Shown here in pieces: positions 8,864-18,528 of a DNA stretch of 64,000 bases. This stretch comes from a virus (taxonomy: Duplodnaviria > Caudoviricetes), in IMG/VR virus record IMGVR_UViG_2898615884_000001, positions 20,097-84,096 of that record, one strand, 5' to 3'. A program made the translations under genes and the position numbers. Position 1 is the first letter of the stretch. Each line of letters opens with the position of its first letter. The notes under the pieces are model-generated. The model was not told the origin of the DNA. It saw only the letters and a list, made by a program, of their open reading frames with translations, and ran no database searches.

Positions 8864-11238
8864 GAGTCCGGCCAGACCGCGACAAGCACGCCGCGGCACC
8901 GCAGGCGGCCGAGACATTCGATGTAGCCGCCCGCCGCGTAGGCGGCGCCTGCCGCCTCACGGGAGTCGAACTCTGTGCCATCGATCTCGACGCAGTTCTT
9001 GCAGGTGCCGGTGTCCAGGACTTCCGACGCGACGTAGGTGGCCTCACCGGCGTCCATGAGGGTGGCCCAGCGGCCGTGCGCCTGGGCGGCCCACAGCGCC
9101 CCGCCGAGCTGCTCACGCGGCCACGCATCCGTCAGCCCCTCCATATGGGAGCGGACCAGCCCGGCGACGTCCTCGCCCGACGCGCCGGGAGTCCAAACGC
9201 GTAGGGCTTCCCGCCCGGCCGCGTCCGCCGTGGCAGAACCCATCAGCGCGGCGATGGTGTCGGCCAGCGCACGGAGTGCGTCCTCGTCCAGTTCGGGCGT
9301 GGCCAGGTCGACACCTTGGGACGCGGCCTCGGCCACGACCTGCCCGGCGCCGGTCGAGGCCATCGCCAGCAGGGCGGGCGCCAGGACCTCGGCCGCGGCG
9401 GAGGTGTCGAGGGTGAGCGCAGCGAGCTGCGCCGTCTCCGCCGCCACGACGGCGGCAGCGACCTGTTCGACGAGCGCGTCGGTCTGCGCGGCCTGCACCG
9501 CCGCCCACGCGGCGAGGAGATCCTCCAGCGCGGCGTCGTGGTCGGAGGCGATCTGGTCGGGGTCCATCCCGGCGGCGGCCTCGACGGTGGTGAGCTGCCG
9601 ATGCCCGGCTGCGCTGTCACCCGCCGCCCGAACATCGCCGCGCCGCGCCGTGCGCCTGCGGGGGCTGGCGCCGCGCGGCTGAGCGGCGGCTCGCGCGGGC
9701 GGCGCAGGCGGCGCGGCGCCGGCGTCGGGGAGCCTGGCGCCGGCGCCCTGCGGAAGGGCAGGCAGGCCGAGCCGCGCGCGGCGCTCATCGACGGTCAAAA
9801 ACGCTTCGCCGCGCGCGGTCGCCGCCGCGCGTGCCTGCACCTGCGGCGCCGTCGGCGCGGTCTCGGTGTCGGGTGGCGGCGCGTACCGCAGGTTGCTCGG
9901 CGTCGGAAGCTGGGCCCCCGCACCGCCTGGCAGCGGCGGCAGATTGATCTGCGCGCGGCGCTCGTCCACCGTGAGGATGCCGTAATCCAGGTCGTAGGCG
10001 TACGACCGCTCCGCCGTGGCGATGTCGTCCCGCTTGCGCTTGGGCAGCCGGTAGGTGCCGCGCAGGTACGCCTCCAGGTCGTCGTCGGGGTGGATGACCC
10101 CCGAGGACACCAGCCCCTGAAGGGCCTCGGCCGTGAGGTCGTGGCGGCGGCCCACGTCGGTGCACACGACCCTCGGCGCCGGCTCGTCCTCACCCCAATT
10201 CACGTCAACGAGGTCGGTGACGATCCCGGTCAGGCCGGGCTGCCCGGAGGTGGCGACGTCGGCGACCTCGTCCGCGACCGCCTGCAGCGACAGCAGGAAC
10301 TGGTCGATGAACGATTCGCCCAGCGCGCGGCTTCCGGTCTGGGTCTGGCCGAGGTCGAGGAACCCCGCCAGGGCGAGGGTGGACATCTGCTGGTCGAGGT
10401 AGCGGACGAACTCGACGGTGTCCGGGACTGATCCGCTGAGGCCGGTGAGATTGACCTTGAAACCGTGCGGGACACCGACCCCGGCCTGGTCTCCGACTCG
10501 CATCGAGGACGCGAGCCGCTGCGCCTCCTGCACCTGCGCGGGCGTCGCGCCCGTGGGGGCCTCGACGTTCGGGACACCCATCCCGAACCGCCGGTTCGAT
10601 GTGGCGTGCACACGCCACATCTCGTGTTTCAGCAGCCAAGGCCCGTAGGCGGCGCGGAGCAGAGACCGGCCGGTCCAGGTGGCGCCCTCCCGGTCATGCG
10701 CGTACCACACCAGCCGGTTCGCGGTCATTGGTGTCGTCCACGCCAGGTCCTGGGTGACGCTTTGGATGGTGCCGTCGCGGTTCAGGTTGATCATCGCGAG
10801 CGTCCACGGCATCCGCTCGCCCAGGTTGATCAGCCGTGCGAGGCCGCCGCGGATCTCGTAGCGGCGCTCGAACACGGCGTGGCCGTAGACCAGGGACAGC
10901 AGGGCGAGGCGGAGATGCTCGGCCCAGGACACACCACGGCGGCGCGCCGGGCCAGGCACGGCGTCGGCGCCGAGGATCGGCACGCCGAGGTCGTCAGCCA
11001 CGACCTGGACGACCTCGTCGCGGCACCCGGCGGGATCGATGGCCCAGGTCGCGCGGCGGATCGGCAACGAGTAGGCCTTGAGAATCGCCGTGAGCTTGGG
11101 GTCGTGGCGCATCCGGGAGTACATCCGAACGCTGAGGGGCCAGGCCAGGTCGGGGACGAACTCGTTGACGTCGACCCACTGCGCGCCGACGACGTCGGCG
11201 AAGTCGATCGTTCCGAGGTCCTTCGTGGGTGGCGCCAT
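8860..11238 (-). CDS. Portal protein (DUF935/Mu gp29-like) fused to a MuF-like head morphogenesis domain
   Basis: Follows TerL; LLSLVYGHAVFE, RAAYGPWLLK portal motifs; C-terminal SEVLDTGTCKNC...CLGRLRCRG. Confidence 0.85.
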   Translation of the reverse strand: MAPPTKDLGTIDFADVVGAQWVDVNEFVPDLAWPLSVRMYSRMRHDPKLTAILKAYSLPIRRATWAIDPAGCRDEVVQVVADDLGVPILGADAVPGPARRRGVSWAEHLRLALLSLVYGHAVFERRYEIRGGLARLINLGERMPWTLAMINLNRDGTIQSVTQDLAWTTPMTANRLVWYAHDREGATWTGRSLLRAAYGPWLLKHEMWRVHATSNRRFGMGVPNVEAPTGATPAQVQEAQRLASSMRVGDQAGVGVPHGFKVNLTGLSGSVPDTVEFVRYLDQQMSTLALAGFLDLGQTQTGSRALGESFIDQFLLSLQAVADEVADVATSGQPGLTGIVTDLVDVNWGEDEPAPRVVCTDVGRRHDLTAEALQGLVSSGVIHPDDDLEAYLRGTYRLPKRKRDDIATAERSYAYDLDYGILTVDERRAQINLPPLPGGAGAQLPTPSNLRYAPPPDTETAPTAPQVQARAAATARGEAFLTVDERRARLGLPALPQGAGARLPDAGAAPPAPPARAAAQPRGASPRRRTARRGDVRAAGDSAAGHRQLTTVEAAAGMDPDQIASDHDAALEDLLAAWAAVQAAQTDALVEQVAAAVVAAETAQLAALTLDTSAAAEVLAPALLAMASTGAGQVVAEAASQGVDLATPELDEDALRALADTIAALMGSATADAAGREALRVWTPGASGEDVAGLVRSHMEGLTDAWPREQLGGALWAAQAHGRWATLMDAGEATYVASEVLDTGTCKNCVEIDGTEFDSREAAGAAYAAGGYIECLGRLRCRGVLVAVWPDS

Positions 11239-11347
11239 GCATTCACCCCCTGACCTGCGTGTTTAGTTTTGTTCTGCGGCGCAGTGACGGCGGGATGCCC
11301 CGACCTCCCTTGCCCAGGGAGGTCAGGCGGTGATCGAGCTCAAGCGG

Positions 11348-12979
11348 TCACCAGTCCATCGACATGTAGTCGCCGGTGCGCGGCTCCGCCCCTGTGGAAG
11401 CCGTGTACGCCTGCCCGATCGCGCCGTCGTCCGCAGGTCCTGCTGTGCGGCGCTGGTCGACCTGGTCGGCGGTCTCCTGCGGCAGCCAGTGCGCCGCGAC
11501 CACCCGCGCCGCATAGGAGAGGGTGTCGACCTGGTCGTCGTGTGCCGCAGATGGAAACGCAGCCAACTCGTCGCACCACTCGTCCAGCCAGTCCGCTTCA
11601 GCCGGGAACCACACCCGGCCCGCCTTCAACCGGGACGTCGCCGGGACCGCGCGGGTGACCTTGTCGGTGTCCGCCGCTACCGGCTCAACCGGCAGTCCGG
11701 CCTTCGTCGCGTCGATCACCATCGTGGAGCTGATGAACGACTTCTCCACGAATACCGTGGCCAGCGCCCACCGAGAGACCAGAGGCCGGGCCAGGTCCCA
11801 GTGGTCCTCCTCGACCACGCGCTTCCGGGCGCGGTCCAAAAGGATCAGGTCACCGTCCGGGCTGATCGCCCACGCCGACACAACCGTGTAGTCCGCCGAC
11901 CGCTTCGTGGACGCGGCCAGATCGACCGTGGCCAATCGCCAGCAGTCATCCAGGAATACCGGCCGGCTGTCGAGGTCGACACGCCGACCATCGGCCGTGC
12001 CGTGCCTGCTCAGGTCGGCTGGCATCGGGTTCCAGTACCGGAAAGTCGAACGGCGGAACATGTTGCCTTCGGCGGCGACCGGGGTCTGCTGGTAGATGCT
12101 CCGCCACACGTACGGGGAGCGCACCTCTTGCAGCCCGTGGAAGTAGCCGGGCTTGCGGTCCTGGACGGAGACGAGTTCCTCGCCTGGGGCGCGGCCGAGC
12201 GGATCAACGCCGTCGGCAACCCACACCGTCTTCGCTCGGCCGTCAGCGCCCTTGATCTGGACGCCCTTGCCCGCGACCGCCGGGATCGACACGACCCGCC
12301 ACCGACCCGGCTCGCGTGTCACCAGCCGCCCAGCAAGGTCGTCGCAGTGCCAGCGCGTCATCATCAAGCACACCTTGAAGCGCGACGATCCTCGGGTTGA
12401 GCCGTTGGACTCCCACCAGTCCCAGGCGGCATCGCGGTAGGTCGCGGACTCTGCTTCGGCTCGACCGCGGAACGGGTCGTCAATGATCAGCACATCGACT
12501 TTTTCGCCGGTGATCCCGCCCGCGATCCCGGCGCATATGACGCCGCCGCCATCTTCGGTCTCCCAGTACCCGGCCGCCCGGGTGTCTTTCCTCAGCCGGA
12601 TCCCGAGCTGCGGGTTGTCAGCCGCGTCACGGCGGATGGCCTTGCCCCAGCGGAGCGCCTTGTTGTCGTTGTAGGAGACGATCCCGATGCGCAAGGTCTT
12701 GTCGTGCGCGAGAAGCCAGAGCGGAAACCTTCTGGATACTCTCTGTGATTTCCCCTCTTGAGGGGGGCAGTAGAGCTGGAGGCGGTCGGTGTCGCCGTCG
12801 GCGAGCTCGACCAGCTCGCGGTCGATGAGGTCGAGCGCGGCGGTCTGCCGGGTGGCGCGGTCGATCGCGCGGGCGAGCTGCCCGGGTGTCGACCACCGGC
12901 GGCCTCGGGGCGGGGGTGGCGGCTCGAAGTGCGCCAGGATCGCTGCGGCGACACCTTGGACGGGGTCGAGGACGGTCAT
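11348..12979 (-). CDS. terL: Terminase large subunit
   Basis: Walker A-like PPQEGKS, Walker B LIIDDP, nuclease VDLAAS...ADYT and HDDQVDTLS. Confidence 0.93.
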   Translation of the reverse strand: MTVLDPVQGVAAAILAHFEPPPPPRGRRWSTPGQLARAIDRATRQTAALDLIDRELVELADGDTDRLQLYCPPQEGKSQRVSRRFPLWLLAHDKTLRIGIVSYNDNKALRWGKAIRRDAADNPQLGIRLRKDTRAAGYWETEDGGGVICAGIAGGITGEKVDVLIIDDPFRGRAEAESATYRDAAWDWWESNGSTRGSSRFKVCLMMTRWHCDDLAGRLVTREPGRWRVVSIPAVAGKGVQIKGADGRAKTVWVADGVDPLGRAPGEELVSVQDRKPGYFHGLQEVRSPYVWRSIYQQTPVAAEGNMFRRSTFRYWNPMPADLSRHGTADGRRVDLDSRPVFLDDCWRLATVDLAASTKRSADYTVVSAWAISPDGDLILLDRARKRVVEEDHWDLARPLVSRWALATVFVEKSFISSTMVIDATKAGLPVEPVAADTDKVTRAVPATSRLKAGRVWFPAEADWLDEWCDELAAFPSAAHDDQVDTLSYAARVVAAHWLPQETADQVDQRRTAGPADDGAIGQAYTASTGAEPRTGDYMSMDW

Positions 12980-13305
12980 GTGTCCTGCACCCACAGGACG
13001 CCGTAGAGGGCGGTCTTGTGCTGGCCTGATCGCGTCGCGGTCAGCTTCCACCAGCGCGCGCCGGCCGTCGCGACCGCGGAGGCGGGGACGTCCGCCTCGC
13101 ATTCCCCGGCGGCCGCGTCGGTGACGGCCGCGGTGAGGGTGACCACGGTGGCGTCTTCGTCGTCGGTGTCCTTCGACGGTTTGATCAGCATCCGCACCGC
13201 CGCGCCGGCCAGGTTCGCCGGGGCCTGGGCGTCGTCGTCGGTGACGGTGAACGCGAAGCTCTGGTCGTCGCCCTGGACCAGGGTCAGTTCGAGGTAGACC
13301 GCCAC
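12976..13305 (-). CDS. BppU-N-like small structural protein
   Basis: LTLVQGDDQSFAFTV...NLAGAAVRMLIK...DAAAGECE pattern. Confidence 0.55.
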   Translation of the reverse strand: MAVYLELTLVQGDDQSFAFTVTDDDAQAPANLAGAAVRMLIKPSKDTDDEDATVVTLTAAVTDAAAGECEADVPASAVATAGARWWKLTATRSGQHKTALYGVLWVQDT

Positions 13306-13315
13306 GCCGTCCTCC

Positions 13316-14992
13316 TCACCGCAGGTGTCCGGACAGGGCGCCGCGCACCGTCGCGGTCCCGCTGAGCTGGCCGGCGACGCGGGCGGTCCCGGCGAGGTCG
13401 GGCAGGGGCGGCACCCCGGGCAGGTGGGCGCTGACGGTGTCGGTCAGGGTGATCGTGTCGCTGGCCGGCCTGGTGAGGTGCCCTCCGGCGGACAGCAGGT
13501 CGGGCAGGGCTAGGAGGTCGGTGGCCGCTCGGGTGAGGTCGCTGGTCCGGGTCGGCGCGTCGGTGGTGGTGATGCTGTCGCCGGAGCCGCGGGCGGTGGC
13601 GGTGGAGCCGGCCACCGCGTCGAGGAGCGTCGCGGTGTCGGCCGCGGCGGCACCGCGCCCGGATGTGGGGGTGGCGGTGTCGCCGGCGGTGACCGTGTCG
13701 CTGCCGTCGCGTCCCTGGGCGCTGGCCGGGGAGGCGAGGTCGGTGGCGGTGAGGGTGTCGCCGGTCGGGCGCTGGTAGGTGACCTGGAGGTCGGTGGTGT
13801 CGGCTGCGGTGAGGGTGTCGGTCGCGGTCGCGCCCCGGCCGGTGCCGGCGGTGGCTTGGTCTGCCGTGGTTGTGGTGTCGCTGCTGGCGCGCGCCGCGGC
13901 GAGAGCACCGGCGGCGGTGTCGGCTGCGGCGGCGGAATCGGTGGCTGCACGTCCTGATGCGGTGGCCGCTGCGGCGGCGTCGGCGCCAGTGAGGTTGTCG
14001 CTGGCGATGAGGGTCGAGATCGTTGTCCGGGTAGCGGCGTCGGCGGTGGTCGCGGTGTCGGCCGCCGGGCGGGCGAGGACGACGGCCGCGGCGCAGCCGT
14101 CGGAAAGGTTGGCCGTGTCGCCGGTGGCGCGGGGGGCGGTGGCCTGCCGGGCGGAACTGTCGGCGACGGTCAAGGCGTCGGCGGCTGCCCTGGGCGCGGC
14201 GGCCGTGCGCGCGGCGGCGTCGGCGAGCGCCGCGGTATCGGTGGCCGCGCGGGCGGTTTGGACGGTGCGGGCAGGGCTGTCGGCCAGGGTGGCGGAGTCG
14301 GTGGCGGATCGGCTGGACGACCCGCCCCCTCCGGCGGCGAGGATGGCCAGGGACCAGGTGGTGACGCCGGACGAGGCGACGTTGCCGACCAGGTCTGGTG
14401 GGGTGACCGGGGTGCCGGAGGGGTTGGTGGCGGCGAGGCCGTCATCGGCGATGCCGGTGATGGTGCCGCCGGAGCCGAGCGCGAGGCTGTCGGAGTCGAC
14501 GCGTTTGGTCCACCCGCTGGTGGTGATGGCGGTGGACCCGGTGGACTGCCGTTCGCCGATCATGGAGGCGATCGCGCATCCGGCGGCCGTCGGGGTGACG
14601 GCGGGGCACGGGTGGCTGGTGACGGCGGACGCGCCCTCGTTGCGGCTGGTGATGGCGTTGACCGGGGTGGTGTTGTCGACGCCCCGGTAGACCGTCACGG
14701 AGAAGGTCTGCCGGTTGGTGCCGTTCATGGTCCCGGAGATGTTGCCGGACTCGCTGCCGGTGCAGACGCGGTAGTAGACGCGGGTGCGTAGCGACCCTTG
14801 GGAGGAGACGACCGCTGCGGCGGCGGCCGTCCAGCCGGATGGGTCGCTGGTGACGGTGTTGCCCGACGACTGCGACCAGATGAGCAGGGCCACGTCCCCG
14901 GACGCGGGCGTCGCCGACAGCGACGACCAGGCGAGGTTCAGGGTGGCGACATTCCCGCCGGCACTGCCGCCCCCGACGTAGGAGATCGCCAC
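13316..14992 (-). CDS. Fibre/minor structural protein with 15 x 20-aa repeats
   Basis: N-terminal beta domain (GDVALLIW...RVYYRV...VTVYRGVD), then R-x3-D-x5-D repeats. Confidence 0.65.
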   Translation of the reverse strand: MAISYVGGGSAGGNVATLNLAWSSLSATPASGDVALLIWSQSSGNTVTSDPSGWTAAAAAVVSSQGSLRTRVYYRVCTGSESGNISGTMNGTNRQTFSVTVYRGVDNTTPVNAITSRNEGASAVTSHPCPAVTPTAAGCAIASMIGERQSTGSTAITTSGWTKRVDSDSLALGSGGTITGIADDGLAATNPSGTPVTPPDLVGNVASSGVTTWSLAILAAGGGGSSSRSATDSATLADSPARTVQTARAATDTAALADAAARTAAAPRAAADALTVADSSARQATAPRATGDTANLSDGCAAAVVLARPAADTATTADAATRTTISTLIASDNLTGADAAAAATASGRAATDSAAAADTAAGALAAARASSDTTTTADQATAGTGRGATATDTLTAADTTDLQVTYQRPTGDTLTATDLASPASAQGRDGSDTVTAGDTATPTSGRGAAAADTATLLDAVAGSTATARGSGDSITTTDAPTRTSDLTRAATDLLALPDLLSAGGHLTRPASDTITLTDTVSAHLPGVPPLPDLAGTARVAGQLSGTATVRGALSGHLR

Positions 14993-15008
14993 GGTCGCAG
15001 GTAGGGCG

Positions 15009-15401
15009 CTAGCTCGCGGTGATCGTCTCGGTGATCGTCAGCGCGTCGCCGGACGCCGAGAGCGTGGCGGTGGCCGACAGCAGCGTCTCGTACACCATGG
15101 TCCCGGAGCTGCTGGCGTTGAACACACCGATCTTCGCCACCGTCACCGGAAGTGAATCCGAGCCGTTCGCGGTGAACGTCTTGGTCAGCGTGGCGGTGGC
15201 CTGACCGTTGGTGTGGGCGTAGGTCGCCTGCGCCCGGATCAGGCCGCCGCTCGCGGTGGTGATCTCCCCGGTGAGGGTGGTGTCGGAGGCGGAGGGGGCG
15301 GTGGAGTTCGCGGTCAGCGCGATGTAGTTCGCGGCGGCGGGTTGGGTGCTGGTGGTGAAGCAGGCCGCGAGGACGTGGTCGCGGCCGCCGTTGGTGAGCA
15401 C
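15009..15401 (-). CDS. Small tail/fibre-associated structural protein
   Basis: YIALT...SDTTLTGE...IGVFNASSSGTMVYETL...DALTIT pattern. Confidence 0.58.
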   Translation of the reverse strand: MLTNGGRDHVLAACFTTSTQPAAANYIALTANSTAPSASDTTLTGEITTASGGLIRAQATYAHTNGQATATLTKTFTANGSDSLPVTVAKIGVFNASSSGTMVYETLLSATATLSASGDALTITETITAS

Positions 15402-15404
15402 CGG

Positions 15405-15740
15405 TCAGACCTCCTCAGCCTCGGCGCCGGCGTCGGCGGCGGCGGGCTGGTCGGGTTCGGGGTCGCGGACCTCGCAGCCGTAATGCGCGGCCAGCAGTTG
15501 CGCGAGCGCCGGGTCGGTGGACGCGACCCACGCGGGGGCGCTGTCGGAGTGGTAGGCCCACACGCCGCGGGGCGCGGTGATCGTGGCGAAGATCTCGGCC
15601 ATCGAGGTTCCGGCGGGGGGCTGCACGGTGGTGCAGCGGTTCCCGGGCAGGGGGGTGCGGGTCTCGCGGCCGTGGTCGTCGTGGGTGACTTCGACGGCGT
15701 CGCGGTTGCCGAGGTAGACGGTGGTCTGCTCGTCGGGCAT
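15405..15740 (-). CDS. Hypothetical protein, first gene of the virion operon
   Basis: SD GAGGA before ATG 15740, 111 aa. Confidence 0.55.
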   Translation of the reverse strand: MPDEQTTVYLGNRDAVEVTHDDHGRETRTPLPGNRCTTVQPPAGTSMAEIFATITAPRGVWAYHSDSAPAWVASTDPALAQLLAAHYGCEVRDPEPDQPAAADAGAEAEEV

Positions 15741-15814
15741 GGGGTTCCTCGCAGGCGGTCGGTGGTGCTGGGCGGCCGACGGCAGCAGACCGGGGTGGCC
15801 GTGTCTCCGGGGGG

Positions 15815-15855
15815 AAGGAGAAAGGCCCGGGAGCCGGTGGCTCGACCTGGGCCTT
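15815..15855 (-). terminator. Intrinsic terminator-like hairpin in the leader of the virion operon
   Basis: Minus strand AAGGCCCAGG-TC-GAGCC-ACC-GGCTCCCGGGCC followed by TTTCTCCTT. Confidence 0.55.
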
Positions 15856-15894
15856 GGGGGTGTGGCGACAGAGCACCACATTGAGGAGAGGGTC

Positions 15895-16155
15895 TCACAA
15901 ATAGTGATCGGTGAACAAGCTGGCGGGGTGTGTCTTGCGAGGTCGTCCGCGTTTGGTGGCGTGGGTGTCGGCTTCGGTTTGCAGTGCGTCACCGAAGCGG
16001 ATGAGGAGTTGGCCGCGGTCGTTGCGGCCGCGTGGGGTGATCTTGTTGCGGCGGACCCATTGGTCGATGGCGCCGTAGGAGACCTGGCCGTCGAAGAAGG
16101 TGACGAGTTCGGGGATGGTGAGGAGCGCGTCGCGGTTGAGGTCGGTGCCGCTCAT
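15895..16155 (-). CDS. MerR-like HTH DNA-binding protein (probable late regulator)
   Basis: LLTIPELV...SYGAIDQWVRRNKITPRG...LIRFGD; TACCCT 6 nt before ATG suggests a leaderless mRNA. Confidence 0.62.
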   Translation of the reverse strand: MSGTDLNRDALLTIPELVTFFDGQVSYGAIDQWVRRNKITPRGRNDRGQLLIRFGDALQTEADTHATKRGRPRKTHPASLFTDHYL

Positions 16156-16361
16156 GGGCTCAGGGTAGATCTTCGCCCCGGGTGTGACCGGCGGTGATGC
16201 CGCGTCGGGGTTTTCCCGGATGGGTGTCCGTGGTTCCACGGTGGCCGGATGGTGACAGCCGAGTAGTAGCCGTGAACGCGCTGTGAACGTGCCGCGTCCT
16301 ACCCCTACCGTTTCGACCGCCCCCCGCCGAGGCTCGGATCACGACAGAAGGAAACCCTCAC

Positions 16362-16838
16362 ATGCGCCTCACGATCATCCTGCCCGTCGCCGCCGCTCTG
16401 GTGTTCGGTGCGACCGCGTGCGACCCGGCCGCGCAGGACCCGGTCGCCGTGCAGTCCACCGAGTCGGGCAAGGGCGCCACCGGGAAGGGCAAGCCGAAGA
16501 GCGCGGTGCCGATCAAGCTGGTCGCCAAGCGCGCGACCGCGACGAAGAGCGTGCTGTCGAGCGGTGGTGCGCTGACGTGCGTGAAGGTGACGGTGACGAA
16601 CCAGGGGAAGAAGCAGCTGGAGGTCAACCCGCTGTACTTCTCGATCACCGACACCGGCGGCACCAAGCACTCGACCGATCAGGTGATGGGCGAGTACGAG
16701 AACGCGATCGACACCACGCAGTTGGCGCCGGGTGAGAAGGCGACGGGGATGGTGTGTGGGAAGGGCCGGTTCACGCCGAAGACGGTGGCGATGACGAACG
16801 CGTTGTTCTCCGAGGCCGCGCGGGCGCAGGTCGCCTGA
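16362..16838 (+). CDS. DUF4352-like lipoprotein (moron)
   Basis: Signal peptide with lipobox GATA-C; KVTVTNQG...VNPLYFSITD...LAPGEKATG; opposite strand to its neighbours. Confidence 0.78.
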   Translation: MRLTIILPVAAALVFGATACDPAAQDPVAVQSTESGKGATGKGKPKSAVPIKLVAKRATATKSVLSSGGALTCVKVTVTNQGKKQLEVNPLYFSITDTGGTKHSTDQVMGEYENAIDTTQLAPGEKATGMVCGKGRFTPKTVAMTNALFSEAARAQVA

Positions 16839-16883
16839 CGCTGACGTTCGGATGGCGGGGTGTCTCCGCGCGGGCGCCCCGCC

Positions 16884-17093
16884 TCAGGTCTTCGCCGCCG
16901 TCTCGTTGGCCAGATCCGCGAGCCTCTGCGCGGCGGCTCCGATGTCGCGGACGACCCAGGCGGGCAGGGAGTCCAGCGCGAGCCGGGCGCGTTCCTCCAG
17001 CGGTAGGGCTTCCGGTGTGCCGCGCATCGCGTCGTTGAACACGGAGATCAGCCCGGTCACGCGCGGGATGTCGAGCCCGAGCCGCACGCTCAC
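16884..17093 (-). CDS. Hypothetical protein
   Basis: GTGA coupling, 69 aa. Confidence 0.45.
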   Translation of the reverse strand: MSVRLGLDIPRVTGLISVFNDAMRGTPEALPLEERARLALDSLPAWVVRDIGAAAQRLADLANETAAKT

Positions 17094-17338
17094 GCGTTCG
17101 ACCACTCGGTGTGAACGGCGGCGACCTCGCTCACGTCGAGGTACTCGATCGCGGCGTTGGCGCGGGCGGTGGCCTGCCACTTGATGCCCACGAGGCCACC
17201 GAGACGGTTGTGCTGGATCCGGTACTCGTCGACATCCGCGCGGATCTGAGCGCCGCTCTTCAGCGTGACGACCATGATGATCGGACCAGCGTCCGACCTG
17301 GTGTCGCTGGTCGTTTCGGTACGGGTCGTCTCTGCCAT
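17090..17338 (-). CDS. Hypothetical protein
   Basis: SD GAAGGGA, VVTLKSGAQI, 82 aa. Confidence 0.55.
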   Translation of the reverse strand: MAETTRTETTSDTRSDAGPIIMVVTLKSGAQIRADVDEYRIQHNRLGGLVGIKWQATARANAAIEYLDVSEVAAVHTEWSNA

Positions 17339-17410
17339 GTCGATCCCTTCAGAACGGCCAGCCTTCGGCGCCTCGCACGCTCGCGGGAGGCGTCTGCTCA
17401 TGGTGCTCCG

Positions 17411-18304
17411 CTAGGACGCGGCGCGCGCGGCGATCGTCTCGTCCACCACATCGAACCCGGCCACGCTGACGACGTCGTCCTGGTACTCGTCCTCGTTCAT
17501 CAACCGGCCGCAGTTGCGGCATTCGATGTGTCCGTCGTCGCGGGTCTGGAGGACGTTGACCCACGTGCAGCGCGGGCACCGTCCGGGACGGCGGCGGACG
17601 ACTGGGTCGGACTTCGTCGCGCGGAGCAGCCGTGCCTGCCATGCCAGAATCCCGCGCCCGAACCGGGGTGAGCCGGGGTTGTCGAGGATCCTGTCGGCCT
17701 GCTCCAGGAGGTAGGCGAGGGTGCGCTGGCGGGCGTCGCCGCCGCGGGAGCGGCCGGGGCGGGGCGGGTGCCCGGCGTGCTCGCGCCATTGCCGTTCGAC
17801 GTCGGCGAGCATTCCGTAGAGGGCGTCGAGCATGTCGGTGATGGGCGAGGGGGACGGCGCGGTGGTGCGGCGGGTGGGGATGTGCTCGCCGGATGCGGCG
17901 CCGCGGTGTCCGTCCGCCCACGCCTCCAGTGTCGCGGCGAGGTCCCCGATCTCGACGAGCGCGGCGCGGATCCGTCGGCGGCACCTGGGGCACCACACGT
18001 TCGCGCCGCTGGCGGTGACGGCCTCGCCCGCGGTGAACGGCACCTCGGGTTCGTCGGGCGGGTCGGGGAGGCGGCCGGGTTCCTCGGGGAGGACGATCGC
18101 GAAGAGCGCATCGTAGGCGTCGGGCGCTAGATCCTCGTCCTCGGGGACGTCGGCGAGGAGCTGCGCGGCGGTGCCGGACAGGGCGGCGCAGGTGCTCCGC
18201 CAGGCGGTGTGCGCGGTCGTGTACGCCGCCCACGCGTCACGGTAGCGGCGGTTGCAGGCGCCGGGGCAGGCGTCTTCGGACGGCCCGATCGTGTTCACCA
18301 TCAT
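17411..18304 (-). CDS. Zinc-binding probable late transcription regulator
   Basis: WCPRC and C-terminal CPRC...ECRNCG zinc ribbon; position just before the late region. Confidence 0.6.
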   Translation of the reverse strand: MMVNTIGPSEDACPGACNRRYRDAWAAYTTAHTAWRSTCAALSGTAAQLLADVPEDEDLAPDAYDALFAIVLPEEPGRLPDPPDEPEVPFTAGEAVTASGANVWCPRCRRRIRAALVEIGDLAATLEAWADGHRGAASGEHIPTRRTTAPSPSPITDMLDALYGMLADVERQWREHAGHPPRPGRSRGGDARQRTLAYLLEQADRILDNPGSPRFGRGILAWQARLLRATKSDPVVRRRPGRCPRCTWVNVLQTRDDGHIECRNCGRLMNEDEYQDDVVSVAGFDVVDETIAARAAS

Positions 18305-18528
18305 CCGCCTTCCGTGAAAAGCCTCGCGAGCATGAGCTGGTGGAGCGTGATCGCCATCTGTTCGGCGGCGGCGGTGGACCAGCCGTCGCGCTGGAGCTGG
18401 TCGCGGTAGCCGCGGACGGTCTCGTCGAGGGGGCCGAGGGCTTCACGGATGTCTGCCAGACCCCCGGCGAGCATGTTCGCTGCGTCGTTGACGTCTGGTG
18501 GTTCGGGCTGCTTGCGGGTTGCTCTCAT
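18301..18528 (-). CDS. Hypothetical protein
   Basis: ATGA coupling; GYRDQLQRDGWSTAAAEQMA. Confidence 0.55.
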   Translation of the reverse strand: MRATRKQPEPPDVNDAANMLAGGLADIREALGPLDETVRGYRDQLQRDGWSTAAAEQMAITLHQLMLARLFTEGG

